A DNA stretch of 64,000 nt from Laetmonice hystrix. Taxonomy: Eukaryota. The stretch spans positions 16,368,001-16,432,000 of the forward strand of contig OZ249441.1 in the NCBI GenBank assembly GCA_965235115.1, written 5' to 3'. Position 1 is the first letter of the stretch, and each line of letters opens with the position of its first letter. Position numbers and translations under genes: made by a program. This document shows positions 14,201 to 28,903 of the stretch, piece after piece. The notes beneath the pieces are model-generated. The model did no database searches. It saw nothing but the letters and a program-made list of their open reading frames with translations, and was not told the origin of the DNA.

Positions 14201-17200
14201 ATTGACTGGGTAAGTATGAGCAGTGATCTTCACTGGATCCTGCACCTTATGTTTCTCTACGAGACCTAAACCTAGAGCATCACGCTTGGGGTTCGCAATG
14301 AATATATTTAGCAGAAGCTCTAACGGTGGAACCGGGAATAGCGCTGGCTGTGACAGTTCTCCTGAAAGATGCCATGAGCCTGCGATTCTATCATTATTGG
14401 CGGTACTGCCGAGCTGGCAGCGAGATTAGCGTAAAACCTTGTAATTTGTCGATCGATACCCATTACAGCAGACCCAGTACGGTGAGGAACGGAGAAGATT
14501 TTAATATCGGCCTGATCTGGGTGCTGTGCCAAGCCCCCTGGCAACTTTGTCTGCGTGTAGAACAGAGAGGGGTAGGATGAGAGGATGGGCTGAGAGATCT
14601 GACGTTAGTTCTAGGGTGATCAGTTCCCATACTAATTCTAGAGCTCATAGAAAATATCTACATGAATGTTACAGTCTGCTAACCCACCTCAAAGGTCCCT
14701 ACCATTTTATTACCTCAGCAATCATCACATAGCGCACCTTGTGAAACGACATTGCTAAAATATCAAGATAATGTTCGAGCCGCCCACACTGATCAAAACA
14801 TGAAGATAACACACTGGAAACGCTCATATCTTGTAAATCTAGTGAGAATATAAGTCTCAAGATGCTTCATACTTCTTCAGGATAACCATTGTCGCTGCAA
14901 CTATCGAGTTACGGATAGTATTGATTGGCCCGACGCACTTCTCCTTCTGTATCTGAAATCAACCAACATCTTCAATTGCTGGCATTCAACATTAATGGCA
15001 CGTCATGGTATCAAAAACAGCTTAGGGCACTTTGTCTTTTTATCGAGCTCACTGAATTGGATTTTTTAGCTCATTACCGGAAGCACACCAGTTAATCATT
15101 TGTGTGGCATTGTCCAGGCAGAAATACATAACTGGCAAAGGCAATATGAGCGCTGCATCGACACTGCTGAACCTTGCAACGTTTTGCCTTATCTCATATA
15201 TCAAGACAGCGGGCCGCAGCAATGATGCTATCAGATAACCCGATCAGAATGATAACCAGTGAAGAATGCCGCCGACTTTGGATAGAGAGTGTTAATGGTG
15301 CCTCTTATATGGTGCCTCTTATATGTGGCAGTCCCACTGGGTATTGCTATGGTGCCAGTGATCAGACCGGCGCTCCAAATTGAACATTCCCACGTTCCCA
15401 GCCGACTGAATGCATGTAGCGCTCCAGCGGCCCTCGGCGGGGAGGGAGGGATGGAGGGTGGGGAGAACTGCATGGGCCCAGGGGGTCTGGGTTTCCTGTG
15501 GCTAATCCGTGAGGGGAGGCACCCTAACATGTATCCTCCCTGGCAACTTCACCAAGATCATGAGCAGGGTGCTCGGATGATGACGGTCTTACTTAAACAC
15601 CACCGTCGATTTACTACCACCTATTATGCAGACCTGAAGGCAATAAGTGCTATGCCGGTAAAGCGAAATGGGATAATATCATTATGACCGCTTTATTCTT
15701 TACTTTGTGCTGGTCTGCAACAGTTTTTTTTATTCATGGTATCTTCTCATCAAGTGAGATATTCAGTACAGACACAGCTTAAACCAGGGCAATCACCGGG
15801 CTTCTAATTCCATGGTCCTCCACTACGTCAGTCAACCGTCATCACATCTTCAACAATTACAATTTACAAAACAGTCATAAATATCCTCACATCCTGAATT
15901 TTTCAATATTTCATATTGCCATATTATTCTAATAAATAACAAAGTGAAATCGAAACATACTAGTACTACTGCTACACCATGAGTGACATGTCTAAATTCC
16001 ATATCAGCCTTTTCTGCTCACTTGAAAACAAAATAGGCATGCATCAAATCTTGAGTTTTACCCTCACCCTTTCCATTACGATCGTAAACGAAAAACACTG
16101 CGTATCATCCGCTATTTACTTTGGCATTTTCTAAGTGTGCGAGATTCTGTATGAGTAAATGTTTGGCGCTCTGTCAACCTCTTTCTTCACGACTGTGCAT
16201 TGATGCTAAAAATTCCTCTTTTATATTTGACAGGCAGTGATTAATTACAGCTCAGTAACAATCAAGCCGGTGACTTTCTATTCCTGTCCTTATGTCAGTT
16301 TTACACGGCTCTGTTTCTTTCTGTCATGAATGTTCAAGAATGAGGCACTGGCACCCTTTTCTTTTTGTTATTGTTTTTCACATTTTCCCAATCATCGACT
16401 CAAGTTTCCTTATTTCCACTTCATGACTCATGCCGGTTTCTATTTTATATTGGCATGATGTTTGCCGCTGTAAAGTGCTTTGAATGATGACATTGTTTGC
16501 GTCTGTGCTTCTCCAATGATCGGTTATCATGCTAGGTTAGAATGTGGCTGATTCCGATAGCATCCCTAGGGACAACGCCCATCTCCTGGCTGGCGTTTTG
16601 CCCACTGTATTTTGTCGCCTCTGTCTCTGTGGAACTCTAACTGCACTCGCAATGGATGCCTTCTATACTGACATCGTCGCCTCGCGATCATTATCACCTC
16701 GCCACTGATCACCACACACGAACTTTCACCATTTGCTTTTTTCATTTTTTCAATACAAAGGTTCAACGTCGTGCATCACGACATTCGTCGGCTAAAAACA
16801 ACATCATGGGGCAGCTTGATACCACACGCTACTTTGAATGGTACGTCATAACGTCATCGGAGTAACATTATTTTAATTATAACCAATCTTTAATAAGATT
16901 CATTAAAAAAACGGCCTTTTCAATCAGGCAGCGGAGAGGTCTTATTCCTCCACAAAGTGGCGCTTTCTTTTGACTACGACCTTTCCTCTGATCTCTTTAT
17001 CTTAGCGAATGACACAGTTCTCGAGTCAAAACACTTCAAAACACATTATTAGTTGTGGAGGAGTTCATCATATATTCAATAGCAAGGCCGATTATCACAT
17101 CCAACACCTGATCACCCATGGCCATATTCACTGTGACCGTCTGTCACTGAATACGTTCAGCAGATTTATTCTGAAGCCCTCAATTTATACATAAAATACA

Positions 17201-20200
17201 CAGTCAATTTCCAGGACTCTACACTTTAGCTCCCTCTAATATGTGACATTTTGCTCAAGGAAATTAATTCATAGAACTGTCACAAAAGCGTGGAATTTCC
17301 TCCAGTCTTATTCTGTCACAGAAAGCATTCTACCTTTCAATACAATTTAGAAAGTGCACGGATCCCAAAACGGCCCGAGCAATCTATCGGTCACCGAAAG
17401 GTTTCCGACCAAGTCGTACAGCTGTCACTGGTCTGTCCATAAAAACACTGCTACGATCAAAGCAACTTTACCTTGTACATAAGTACCATGCCGAGAGGAA
17501 CTACTACTACAACTCCAACCTCCGTCCACCAATTCTCGTAGAACACTGCTACAGTTGTGAGACGGTAACCTTCGTAGGAACGTGCTGACTGGTGACCAAC
17601 CTGACTGAGGTCTGATGTATTTCGTTGCTCACTCCAAGTGCCTGGATATCGACTGTTATCAATCGATGTTTTGATGAAAGGACATCTTGGCTAATTATAT
17701 TGTGCACTACGACAAACTATACACTACAGGCTCAGTGGACATTACAGTGGGGGGGGGGGGGGGGGGGGGTGTCAGACCTGTGTTTCCAGGCAATCGAATT
17801 ATTCTCTGTTCATTACAGATCTAGCACATATTGAACAAGTGTGTTATGCTTTATGTTCTGTTAGACGATAGACGATCTGGAACGAATCTTAAATCATGGG
17901 CAGATCAAACCTTTTTTTCTAACATAATCAGTAGCAGCTTCCATTATCATATAAGACTATTAAGAGTTAAGCAATACATTCATATATAAAACACCTATTA
18001 TTACCAACCCCCTTATGGTCCATGACTTTAACATAACTGCTTTTCCATGCCCCGCCTCATCCACTCTCAAAATCACCAATATGTCACTCTCAAAATCACC
18101 AATATGTAACAGGATATCACAATGAGCTATTATTATCAGACTAAACTGACACGAAGTCCTTCTATCTAACAGCTGAGCCCTCGCTCGATCTCCGCTCGTT
18201 CACTTGGTCAGCAAATGCCCCCAGTACTACATCATTATCGCTTGAGACTGAAGAAATCCCAACTCATTCCGCAATACACTCGGTCCAGATTAGGATACGA
18301 TGAGCTAGAATCAGCAATATCTTGTGTTTGTAGCCTTCCTTGATGCGGGACACGTTTTTAGATGAAATGTCACTGTTATCACACCAAAGTAAGATTAATG
18401 TGACCAGAGTAATAACATCAATCCTTATTCTACCTCCTGTATGGACCAAAGCCGGGCGTACGTGACACAACAGTGGTTGTCAATAGTTTCCTACAGTCCT
18501 CTTGTGTTAGAACAACCACTGACAATACACAGTTGCTGCTGGCAAACTGTCACGTACACTGCCTGTATAACGAATTCTGTGGGAAACCGCCCAGATCTTG
18601 TATTAAGGTGAAACATATAAACGTTACATGATAACACTGTAATTGCCCTATGTGGCCCTATATAAAACTACTAGAAACTATATTATAGCATATGTTTTGG
18701 AATATCAGTCATCAGGGTTTTGTTTTTCAAGCATTTGGTCAGAAGGTCACCAGAGGGATGTTGCTGCACCCTACTGGCCCAAATCCAAACTACAACAGGA
18801 CAACTTCCACTGGCAGGGGTCCAAGACATGAGAACCAAACCAATCGACATGAACTGATTGCACCAATTGATATTGCAGGTCATTATACCCCAACTGTAAT
18901 CACTGAGCAGGCCGAGCGCAACTGTCAATCATAAAGTCGGTTTGCCGCTGCCTGGGTGGTCCCTCAGGGCGCCAGGTCGGGCCTGGATTGAGCCCAGGTT
19001 TAAGTGGCAATGGACGATATCTTCAACTGCTGATGAACGATAATGGTGGTTCATAAGTCAGCGATTTTCTATAGCTAGCCATCCATCACGGGTTGGTATG
19101 TTGGTTGGTTTCCGAGGTGAGGGAATGGAAGGGAAAATCGTCAATCATCCATCACTGACGGCTTACAAAACAGCTCCATGGCTGCTGACCTCTGTCCTGA
19201 CCTTTGTACCCCATGCCACATGATGTGACTAGTTACAGAGTTATATAAGTACGGGAGACCATGCACAAGGAGCAAGCCAACCTATCTATACCCACTCAGA
19301 GGCCGCTATGGGGTGGGGGTATTCTCTATCCATCTCAAATCATAACCATTTTTTCTGAATGTGCCTATGTATGCATTGCTACAGTATATAAGGCAAATGT
19401 CGCCATTCACGAAATCATTTTACTTTTCATTATCCAAGTCATAAAATATTGTGGGTTTCATCAGACGATGTGAAGAAGTGTTCAACACGTGTTTACGTTC
19501 ACCAGCAAGGTGAACAGGAATACTCTTCATCCTACTGGTTGATTGAACGGTCATAGCAACCGCTTATATCACCTATAGCAACTTATCTCTATCACTATAA
19601 TCCGTGGTGAACGAAAACTCTTGAAATTATACATGAACACAAGCTCTGGAGGCTTATCCTTTTTGTGATTGTGTTCGAGTAGCAATCAGTCATGTTCCTT
19701 TCATTTTAAAGGCAGATTCCGGAGATTAGAATGCAATAAATCTATTGGTATGGCTAGGATCGACCAGTCTCGAACCCTAAAGTTAGGGACACACTTTAAA
19801 CTTTTCAGACGCCATTATATTATAAGAAATAATACTAAAACAACCTTTTAATGTGGTTCACATTACTAGCTTACAACTAGAAAGTGTGCAACACTATACA
19901 ATACCGCATGTATATGATAACATAATTTACATAATAAACAGATATATGATCTGGTGCAAAGTAAAAACAAGTTATAATCTCATACTGGTCCTACATAGAT
20001 ACATATCTCACCTTTGTACAGCAAACCTTGGAAATGAAATGAAACCTTCTATCTCCCTATCTACATTGGCATTGGGTGTGTGTCAACATCAATTCACAGT
20101 AAGGCACAATTACAGGGAAGTCCTGTGTTCATAGAAGAATGTAATTATACAAGTATAAATCATACTTACCGCTTGATGTGAAGCTGGCTTGAGGAATAAG

Positions 20201-23200
20201 GCACATCAAAAGAAACACCCATTCAATCTGGACCCTCCGTCTCTTAGCATGGCACATTTTCTGCAAAGATCCAACGCAGGCATGCGTTCAGTTCACAGGC
20301 AATAACTCATCGTTGAAAACAAGGGCTCGTTCACCATCATCATCATCATCATCATCATCATCTCACATCACCATATCACCGCCCTCCTGACGATCATCAT
20401 CACAATGATCAGGTATACACTCAGATATAGGGATATATAATCTCCTGTATTACGGGATACGCCGACCGGGAGGTGGAGGATGACACTGGGCGCCTCGGCC
20501 CCACCACATATTTCCAGGCCTCATCAGCTGCCAGCTTCACATGCGGCACTCTGCCTGAGCTAGATAACCCCTCCAACTGTCCCCCTGGTTACTTTTACTG
20601 ACTGTTGTCAGGAGCCGGCAGCGTGGCCTCCACATCCACATATCCCCAAGCTAGGATGCGGCGCCGGTTCAGATGCTGCAATGGGGTGGTAGCATCCGTG
20701 CCGCCGCCGCCGCCGCCGCCGCTGCTGCGGCTTCTGCTACAGCACAGCAGTCCGAGCTAGAAGTAAATAGTAACTGGAGAAGTAGGTGTAGCCTAACCCA
20801 CCGCGTGGACTAGACCAGATTCGGCTGGGTTGCTCAGTAAACCCGGCCTGCTACCAGCAGACAGCGCTCACATATCATAATATCAGAGGTTAGTTGTGAT
20901 AGCATTGTCGTACATCCTAAGCTGAACCCTGCTGCTGCCACGGCACAAGTATCCCAACACTCAGACGGCAGCCAAATGCCAAACACGCCTAGCTGTGTGG
21001 ATTTCTCTACGTCTCGTATCGGGTATAATCCTGTTCTCATGGAGCCCCTCCGTCCTTCCCTCCTCTCCTGCTCCACTAGAGTGTGGTCGTGGCCTACTCA
21101 AGACCGTACACCTTGCCAGCCTGAGAACGGGCATCAGTACGGAGGCACAGAGGCACCGCTCAACCGCTCGCCAGCCTCGGTACGTCCAATCCCCTTCACT
21201 GCCACCACTACAGTGGTACTTGCCACCAGCGCTTGCCGCAATCCTGGGCATGCCATCGATGGACCATACGCTGCCTGCCGTCTCCGGCAGCAGGGTGCAA
21301 CTTGAAGCGGCATCAGGTCTGCCAGCGAGGCTCACCAAGTGGCTCACCCACCCTTCCTGCCTGGAATGTTACCTACAGATTCACCAGTCTTACCTCGGTC
21401 CACGGGCTAAGAAGATGCCATCGCTTGCAGGTCTGGCCACAACTACTGACCAGAACACAGTGAATGCTTTGACTTATTTCAAGGAAAGTTACTCAAGCAT
21501 TTCGTGTTTGTTCAGCACTCTTTAAGTATAAACAGATAGAAAGCCGAATGTTTATAGTAACGTTCAATACTCTTACCTTGAAGTGTTAAGTATATTAATG
21601 TGGCTTAATTTACTGGGCTCAGTCCATCTGGGGTATTACTTGGCTAAGCTCCTTGACTTCTCAACCTAAGTACTTAGTACTGGCTATAATTTTATAGACT
21701 ATATCTGTGAGAAACACACCACAAATACTTTCCAGTAGTTTAAATTCAACTAGACATAACCTTAAAAGCAGGACAGACGCCGTTCAATTTTTCATAACCA
21801 ATATCAGAATACTGTTGTCCATGCAACTGGATCAGCAGAGCAAAGTAAAATATTGCTGTCTGCAGACATGTCCCAGCTTTCCTCCCTCCTGCCTGCCTGC
21901 CCCCTCCCTCCCCTTCACATTCACACACAGGCCATGTCCACATGGCCGACTTCACGACACGTTCACCTTCCGCTAGGTGCTTCCCCTTCAGTACACACAA
22001 CATTCTGCTACACTGCGCTAGCTTTTTCCGCTCTGGACATCTGTAACCATCCTTTTCTTTTGACTCTTACAGATCACATAACGGATGGAGCCTCAATCAA
22101 ACGCACACCCCCTCCCGACAATCCGTCCTCACCCTCACTCTATGCCCTCATTTCAGGACATCAAATTGATTATCAACAAAATACATTGGTATTCTACATC
22201 AGCCACTTGCAGTGGAACAATTCTGCCCACGTGCCGTCCGCGGCAGGCACTGTAGGCAAGCGCCAAAAATGTGTCACAAAGCCAGCTGAAATTAAAGACG
22301 TGTCAAGCGCAATCGCATTATTCCTTTCCGGAGCGGTGGCCCTGATGGAGTGGTGCTGGCCCCATGTCAGAGAGCATCCCATTGTGCGGCGCTATCTAGC
22401 GTCATGTGTTATCATTTCCACTCCGTTCGTGCCCACAAAGGTAGCCCTGGTCAGGGAGCTGGCGACACTGCCCAGCCTTGCCACCATCTCTTTGTCATGC
22501 AATCATGGCCACAGACGATGTCATCAATCCTTCATTACAGCACGAAATAAAGCGTACACCCGTCACCTTTTGTAGCTTTCCAACTCGCAGCGTTATTGAA
22601 AGTCTAGGAATGTCGTACATAGGATTCAGTTTTTCTGTGTGTGTCAATGTCATTAACCTTCACAATCTAGTATACCGTGCTCAGTCAAACAGCATTCCTA
22701 TACCGAGTCCCACGTCCTGTCGGCAACTGAGGCCATATTTATGGCGAAAAGAAGCTTTGAAATATTAGGCATGACGGTATGGGGACTTCCTATTAGACAG
22801 ACTCCCCAGCCGGATATTCTACTTGGGTATATATTTTATATCCTCTTACGAATTTTTATAGTAATCTCACAAATACAACCATTAAATTCAGGTCAATTTT
22901 AATGGTGAAGACCGATTGTACGTTACGTCCTAAATTAAATCATAATACGCCGCCGGTATCGAACGTTCTCTGCTGGGAGATATTTCTTAACCTGAAGACT
23001 GACAAGACTGAATGATAAATACCGAGCGTGAACCATCCCGTCTCGTAATATACCCGATCGATCATAGCTTTGACCACTCTATGCACACCGTGCGGCCCAC
23101 GTGTCCGGCCAGTGAGGACGGCAGACTGATGGTTCAAGTCGAGTTAACCCGTCACCTCATGTACCGGCCATTCATCAGTTATCCTTTTTGAATCACCATA

Positions 23201-26087
23201 CATGGATTTTTTTTCAATTTCTTCTGTAAGTCTACAAGAAATAGTGTCTGCGACTGCTTTCCATCAAATCGTATAATATTCTGGACAAACTGAAGAGATG
23301 TTGTAACCCCAAACCGTCCATTCAATTTCACAGTATGTCTCTTTGCTTTATTTCAAGTACATGTGTATGTCTTTATTACCGTTAGTGTGCTTCCCTTCAA
23401 TAGATGTATCGAAGTTGGCACATGTACATTGCACAGCGATCAGAGAAACCTTGCATTCCGCATTGGTAGGACCTCTAGCGAGTTAATGTTACACTGTGTT
23501 ACCTCCCTATTTGCTCACCAGGCGGAGTGCCAAGCAGCAGGTGGCTGAGCGTGTCTTTTAGATTACCAGCGTAGCCAGTTTTCTTTCGATTGTCTCCCCT
23601 AGTTGTGTGTTTTCTTTTATTGTTCCTTGTGGTTGGGGGGGGGGGGTGATACTGTTAAATAGGTATGTTTGTCTTCAATGATTACTCCTTCCGGTCCACC
23701 CATCTCTTCAATGATACATGCCTTCTGTAGGAATCTCCTAAGTTCCGTCTTTGAATCTCTTTTCTCTAATTTTTCTTTTTCTTTTCTGTGCCTCAAAAAC
23801 GACAAAAAAGTTCTTGACTCTAGTTTTATACCTAATACTGGTTTTCCCTTTGACCACGGCACGATTGTGTCAACCGGTGTTGTCAACATTATGAACTCAA
23901 GCAAAGTTTTGGCTAAAATTCTGAGAAAAAATAGGTCTATGACCTTTCTCCCACAAATAAATTTGATATTTAATAACGTTGAGGGATGACGATCTACTTT
24001 TTGATTTATATTTGGACTGATACTACGAGATTTCACCAATCAATAACGCATATAAAAATTGCATTTCGGTCCTGACGCACACCGACCTCTTCTCTGCCAA
24101 CGGCTTTTGAATCTTTTGTGAGGCATTCTTATAGGTATAGGTGCAAAACATCACAAATTTAGGTGAAAACTGCTGTCTTGACCGAAATATGGTATAACTT
24201 CCAATGGGGTCACTTGAGGCCACGCCCCCTACCACAATGCTCAACTACTGCATGAATTTCGGTGTAAGCCTAGAAATTCACTTTGGGGTCTGCCTGTGGC
24301 TTGATTACAGGCCAATCAACGCTATTTTCAGGTAGCAATATTTATTTTGGACCTCTTTATGCTATCATATAAGAAAAACGCAAAGTCATTCGAAAAACTG
24401 CGTCCCTTTAACACCCTTGATGAGGGTGCTGGAGGCCGGCCGGTCAGAGCACTGAATCCGTACCAGACGTGGATCCAGGCACAGGGCAGGGGGTAAGTGC
24501 CTACTTAGCTCTGTAACAGAACCACTGCCCCCTTGAACATCTTTGAACTCAGCCAGCATTTACTAATATCAAGAATAGACCTACTGCCTCGGGATATTTT
24601 CTGGCAACTATTATAGGGCTAGGCTAGGAGGACTCTATCATATGCTAGGTTCCTAGCCTAGCTATCGACAAGAAATTATTTATGCCTGTTCCCTAGATCT
24701 CATCCAGACCAAACATTGATTGTTTTCTTTGATCTTACTACCAAAGAAAATAAGAAATAGGCCTAATATATAGGCTAGGATTTACGTCGTATAATAGGCC
24801 GACCTGTCAACCGACTTATGATCTAATTAACGGCTAAATCTTACTTAGAACCCCAGGAAACACGCACCTCATGACCGGTGTCGAAAAACTCCACGTGCGC
24901 CACCAGCCACGGTCACCAAGCTGTGACGTCATCAGTCTGCCCAGGATGCAGAGACAGAAACGAGGCTGCACATGGCCGGCGAGGGCTTCCCCAACAAACA
25001 TCAACATCACGCCACGCCCACTTTAGTTTACGTCGGAAGCGAGCATAAAGGGAACTCGTGCCTGATTGAGAGTTGGTAGCCTGAAGTTGGCAACTAATGT
25101 CATCTTCACGGTGAGAACATGATGAAACTAGTAAATGACGGATAACGGCAGTGTTGCCAACTCTTATTACGGAATTCCCGTAAGTCTCATGCAATAGAAA
25201 GGTTATTTTTTAAAATGCACCAAAATGCTATTTCAACTACCGGTAGGCCTATCATTTGAAATTTTTCTCCCTCAGGGAGGGGGGGGGGGGCGCTCGGAAC
25301 CTAGCCTACTCCTATAGTCCTCCTAGCCTAGCCCCCGACCGCTTTCGATCGGCGGTGGGTCCATTTATGAGAATTTCGGGATTTTCAATTCCAGCAATGT
25401 AAAATTGAAACGATCTTATCGTAACGCGTACGATGAAGTAGGTCGCTTCTTTAACATCTTTATCTTCCCCTGGAGTTCATCAACATATATAATACTATAG
25501 TTAGGCATATCAATGTTTAATAGCTGGATCTAACGCTGGTGGAAACCGACGAAGATAACGTTATCACCCATGGACTAGGAGGTACCGATTCAGATATAAA
25601 CGATATGAAACAAAAACATGGGAAGGAATGTGCCTGAATTATTCATATCAGGTTCAAACCATACCAATATCTTTTTTCCTTAATACCAATTACCAAATTA
25701 AAGCAACCTCATGCGGGGGCTGTTGGCTATCCCATTAATACAGGCTCCGAACGGTGTGGTGTGACACGTTTCAATAATGATGGACAACCAGGGCAGGCAG
25801 CGAGGGAAAAACGGGAGCCTGATTACCAGAATTGGCCCAGTGAGACAGGCATGTCAGCAAACTCCTCACTAGGCAATTTGGACGCCAAGTGCAAGAGACA
25901 CTTCGGAAAACGGGGAGAGGCAGGGCAACTGTCATAGTCATTATGACTCACCAGGTTCACTTCCCATACCAAGGGGGTCAGCAATTTGACTGTCCCGATA
26001 ATGAGAGCGCCACCTTGTCACGACGATGGTCACCACCACCATCAGGACAAACCTGCCCACCGAAACGTTCAACAACGGCTGCCTTAC

Positions 26088-27135
26088 CAAAACAAATACT
26101 GAGACAGCAGTGTTAAAGCAACCACTGAGGACGGCCTTACCAAAACAAATACTGAGACAGCGGTGTCAAGGCAACCACTGAGGACGGCCTTACCAAAACA
26201 AATACTGAGACAGCAGTGTCAAAGCAACCACTGATGAGGACGGCCTTACCAAAGCAATCACTGAGGACGGCTTTACCAAAGCAACCACTGAGGACGGCCT
26301 TCCCAAAGCAACCACTGAGGACGGTCTTACCAAAGCAACCACTGAGGACGGCCTTCCCAAAGCAACCACTGAGGACGGTCTTACCAAAGCAACCACTGAG
26401 GACGGCCTTCCCAAAGCAACCACTGAGGACGGTCTTACCAAAGCAACCACCGAGGACGGCCTTACCAAAGCAACCACTGAGGACGGCCTTACCAAAGCAA
26501 TCACTGAGGACGGCCTTACCAAAGCAACCACTGAGGACGGCCTTACCAAAGCAACCACTGAGGACGGTCTTACCAAAGCAACCACTGAGGACGGCCTTAC
26601 CAAAGCAATCACTGAGGACGGCCTTACCAAAGCAACCACTGAGGACGGTCTTACCAAAGCAACCACTGAGGACGGCCTTACCAAAGCAACCACTGAGGAC
26701 GGTCTTACCAAAGCAACCACTGAGGACGGCCTTACCAAAGCAATCACTGAGGACGGCCTTACCAAAGCAATCACTGAGGACGGCCTTACCAAAGCAACCA
26801 TTGAGGACGGTCTTACCAAAGCAACCACTGAGGACGGCCTTACCAAAGCAATCACTGAGGACGGCCTTACCAAAGCAATCACTGAGGACGGCCTTACCAA
26901 AGCAATCACTGAGGACGGTCTTACCAAAGAAACCACTGAGGACGGCCTTACCAAAGCAATCACTGAGGACGGCCTTACCAAAGCAATCACTGAGGACGGC
27001 CTTACCAAAGCGATCACTGAGGACGGTCTTACCAAAGAAACCACTGAGGACGGCCTTACCAAAGAAACCACTGAGGACGGCCTTACCAAAGCAACCACTG
27101 AGGACGGCCTTACCACAGAAACCACTGAGGATGAC
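26088..27135. repeat. 27-bp minisatellite (accaaagcaaccactgaggacggcctt), preceded by 53-bp composite units
   Basis: About 33 tandem 27-bp units; this array explains the ORFs at 26137-27187. Confidence 0.97.
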
Positions 27136-27848
27136 TCTAAAGGACAAACGGTCAAGAAAACAATCATTCACACTCGAGCAGAACTGACATCCACCCTGCC
27201 TAGAGAATTATTTTTCTGGTCATTCAGGCCCAGGCAGTCCATCTCTAAAACACTACGACATTTAATTAGACAATTTCCTGGAGATAAGGCACCAGACTAT
27301 CAGCACCAATACAGTATCTCTTTATCTATACACTGACCATTTTATGCGTAATGAAAGTAATGATCGAATGATAACTATAACAGGGAGAGATATAGAGATA
27401 AATCTAGCTGTGATATCTCACCGGTTTCCAGCTCACAGCTCTGGCCCGGGTCGATATTCAACCAAGTACATTTAATTGAGAGAATTTTTGATGCAGGAAG
27501 CGGATATAACTGTGAAAGGGTAATGAACACACCACAGGCTGAAACAAAGATCCTGTTTTGATTGGACGCAGTGAACACAATACAATGAGAGCCACAAAAC
27601 ACGAGCCGCCACAACAGAAAAAGGAATGCGACATTAGGATTCTAATTCAAACGGACAAATATCTCAAGTTCAATTAGAATATCAAAAGGGTATAAGAACA
27701 TTACACTGTGTGGGCTATGGGGATACTTCCCATGCTAACAATCCTACCAAATTAGGAATAGGCCTAAGGATAAGGAAATACTAGGTAAGGATAGGTTTTT
27801 AGTTTCGTCACTAAGTTACTATGGGGCCAACTTGTTGCACATGCCACT

Positions 27849-28110
27849 AATATACAAGATTCGGTGTCACAAATTGCGAAAGACATCAGTCAATTGAATT
27901 ACTGGTTTATAAGTAACAAACTCACTGTCAATTTAAACAAAACCAAATGCATTTTTTGGTAAAAACGTAAATGATAATAAGAAATCCATACAAGTCAACA
28001 TTAATGTTGTAGAATTGGAGTTTAAGAGTTTCTCATATCTTGTAATAATAATTGATAGCAAATTTCAGTTTCATGAACATATAAGAATTATAATGGGATA
28101 TGCAATGAGT
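27849..28110 (+). mobile_element. Non-LTR retrotransposon (CR1/L2/Jockey-type) RT C-terminal fragment, frameshifted
   Basis: Translates as DISQLNYWFISNKLTVNLNKTKCIF / GKN...INVVELEFKSFSYLVIIIDSKFQFHEHI, matching the characteristic W..N.L.LN..KT...LG..ID..L....HI thumb region. Confidence 0.75.
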
Positions 28111-28903
28111 ATTATATGCATAAACTTCAGGTCATTTAAAATAACGGTTTAATAATTGCGCTGAACAAAGATAGATTTTATACTACAGAATTGCATGAAG
28201 AAGCTCGATTACTCCCATGTAAGTATAGAAGATTATTGATGCTCCAGAAAATAACTTTTACTCAGATTAATGACAACGGATTAATGACAGTTGGTAAGGG
28301 CTCAACCTGAGAGACACAAGATTCTGTTCGGTCTATAACAAGGAAGACTGGAAATCTCAACCGTTTTTTCCGTTTTGTTGCTTTTGCTTGATGTTGTACG
28401 TGCCCTTTTCTACTGTATGTACCACTATGACAGTATCCCATGTTGCCTGCCCGTAATTAGACCAACTTATGGATCCTTTACCGAGAATTGCTGATCCATC
28501 AGTTGGTTGGTCTGTCAGTCGGCATGCTGTCAGAGAAACATCCCACACATTGGTTGACCTCTATACACTACACTCGGGATCATACTGACGAGTGGCCGTG
28601 ATAAATTGTAATATACGCCCGGTGTTTTATGTCTACTGCCAACACAATTTCCATTCATATTTAGAGACATGGCTATCTGATCTAACCGGGGCCGTTCTCC
28701 TTTCCAATCTCAGGGCGACTGGTTGAATTGACTGGGCCGAGATGACCGGCTGGGTATCATTCACCCACAGACGAGGCTGGATTGATCGGCCCCTCCGGCT
28801 CATCTACCCCGGACCCCCGGATCGCTCGGCCTCCGGACCCACAGACCCCCAGACCATGGACGCTGGCACGGGGACGTGTGGACAACGGATCGATGACGGC
28901 TTG

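Noticed and set aside
13428-14213. 255-aa and 218-aa ORFs (SYSGTIK / STRIRLY repeats)
   Set aside because: Products of a stop-free 21-bp minisatellite, open on both strands, with no credible unique coding flanks.
20182-20192. ATACTTACC, matching the 5' end of U1 snRNA
   Set aside because: The downstream sequence does not continue as U1; it is simply the complement of a GTAAGT donor.
20508-20530. Minus-strand CTGATGAGGCCTGGAAA, hammerhead-ribozyme-like core
   Set aside because: Stem II cannot close properly and no stems I/III with an NUH cleavage site were found.
21853-22575. 240-aa plus-strand ORF
   Set aside because: Non-ATG start, low-complexity beginning, no recognisable domain or consistent splice signals.
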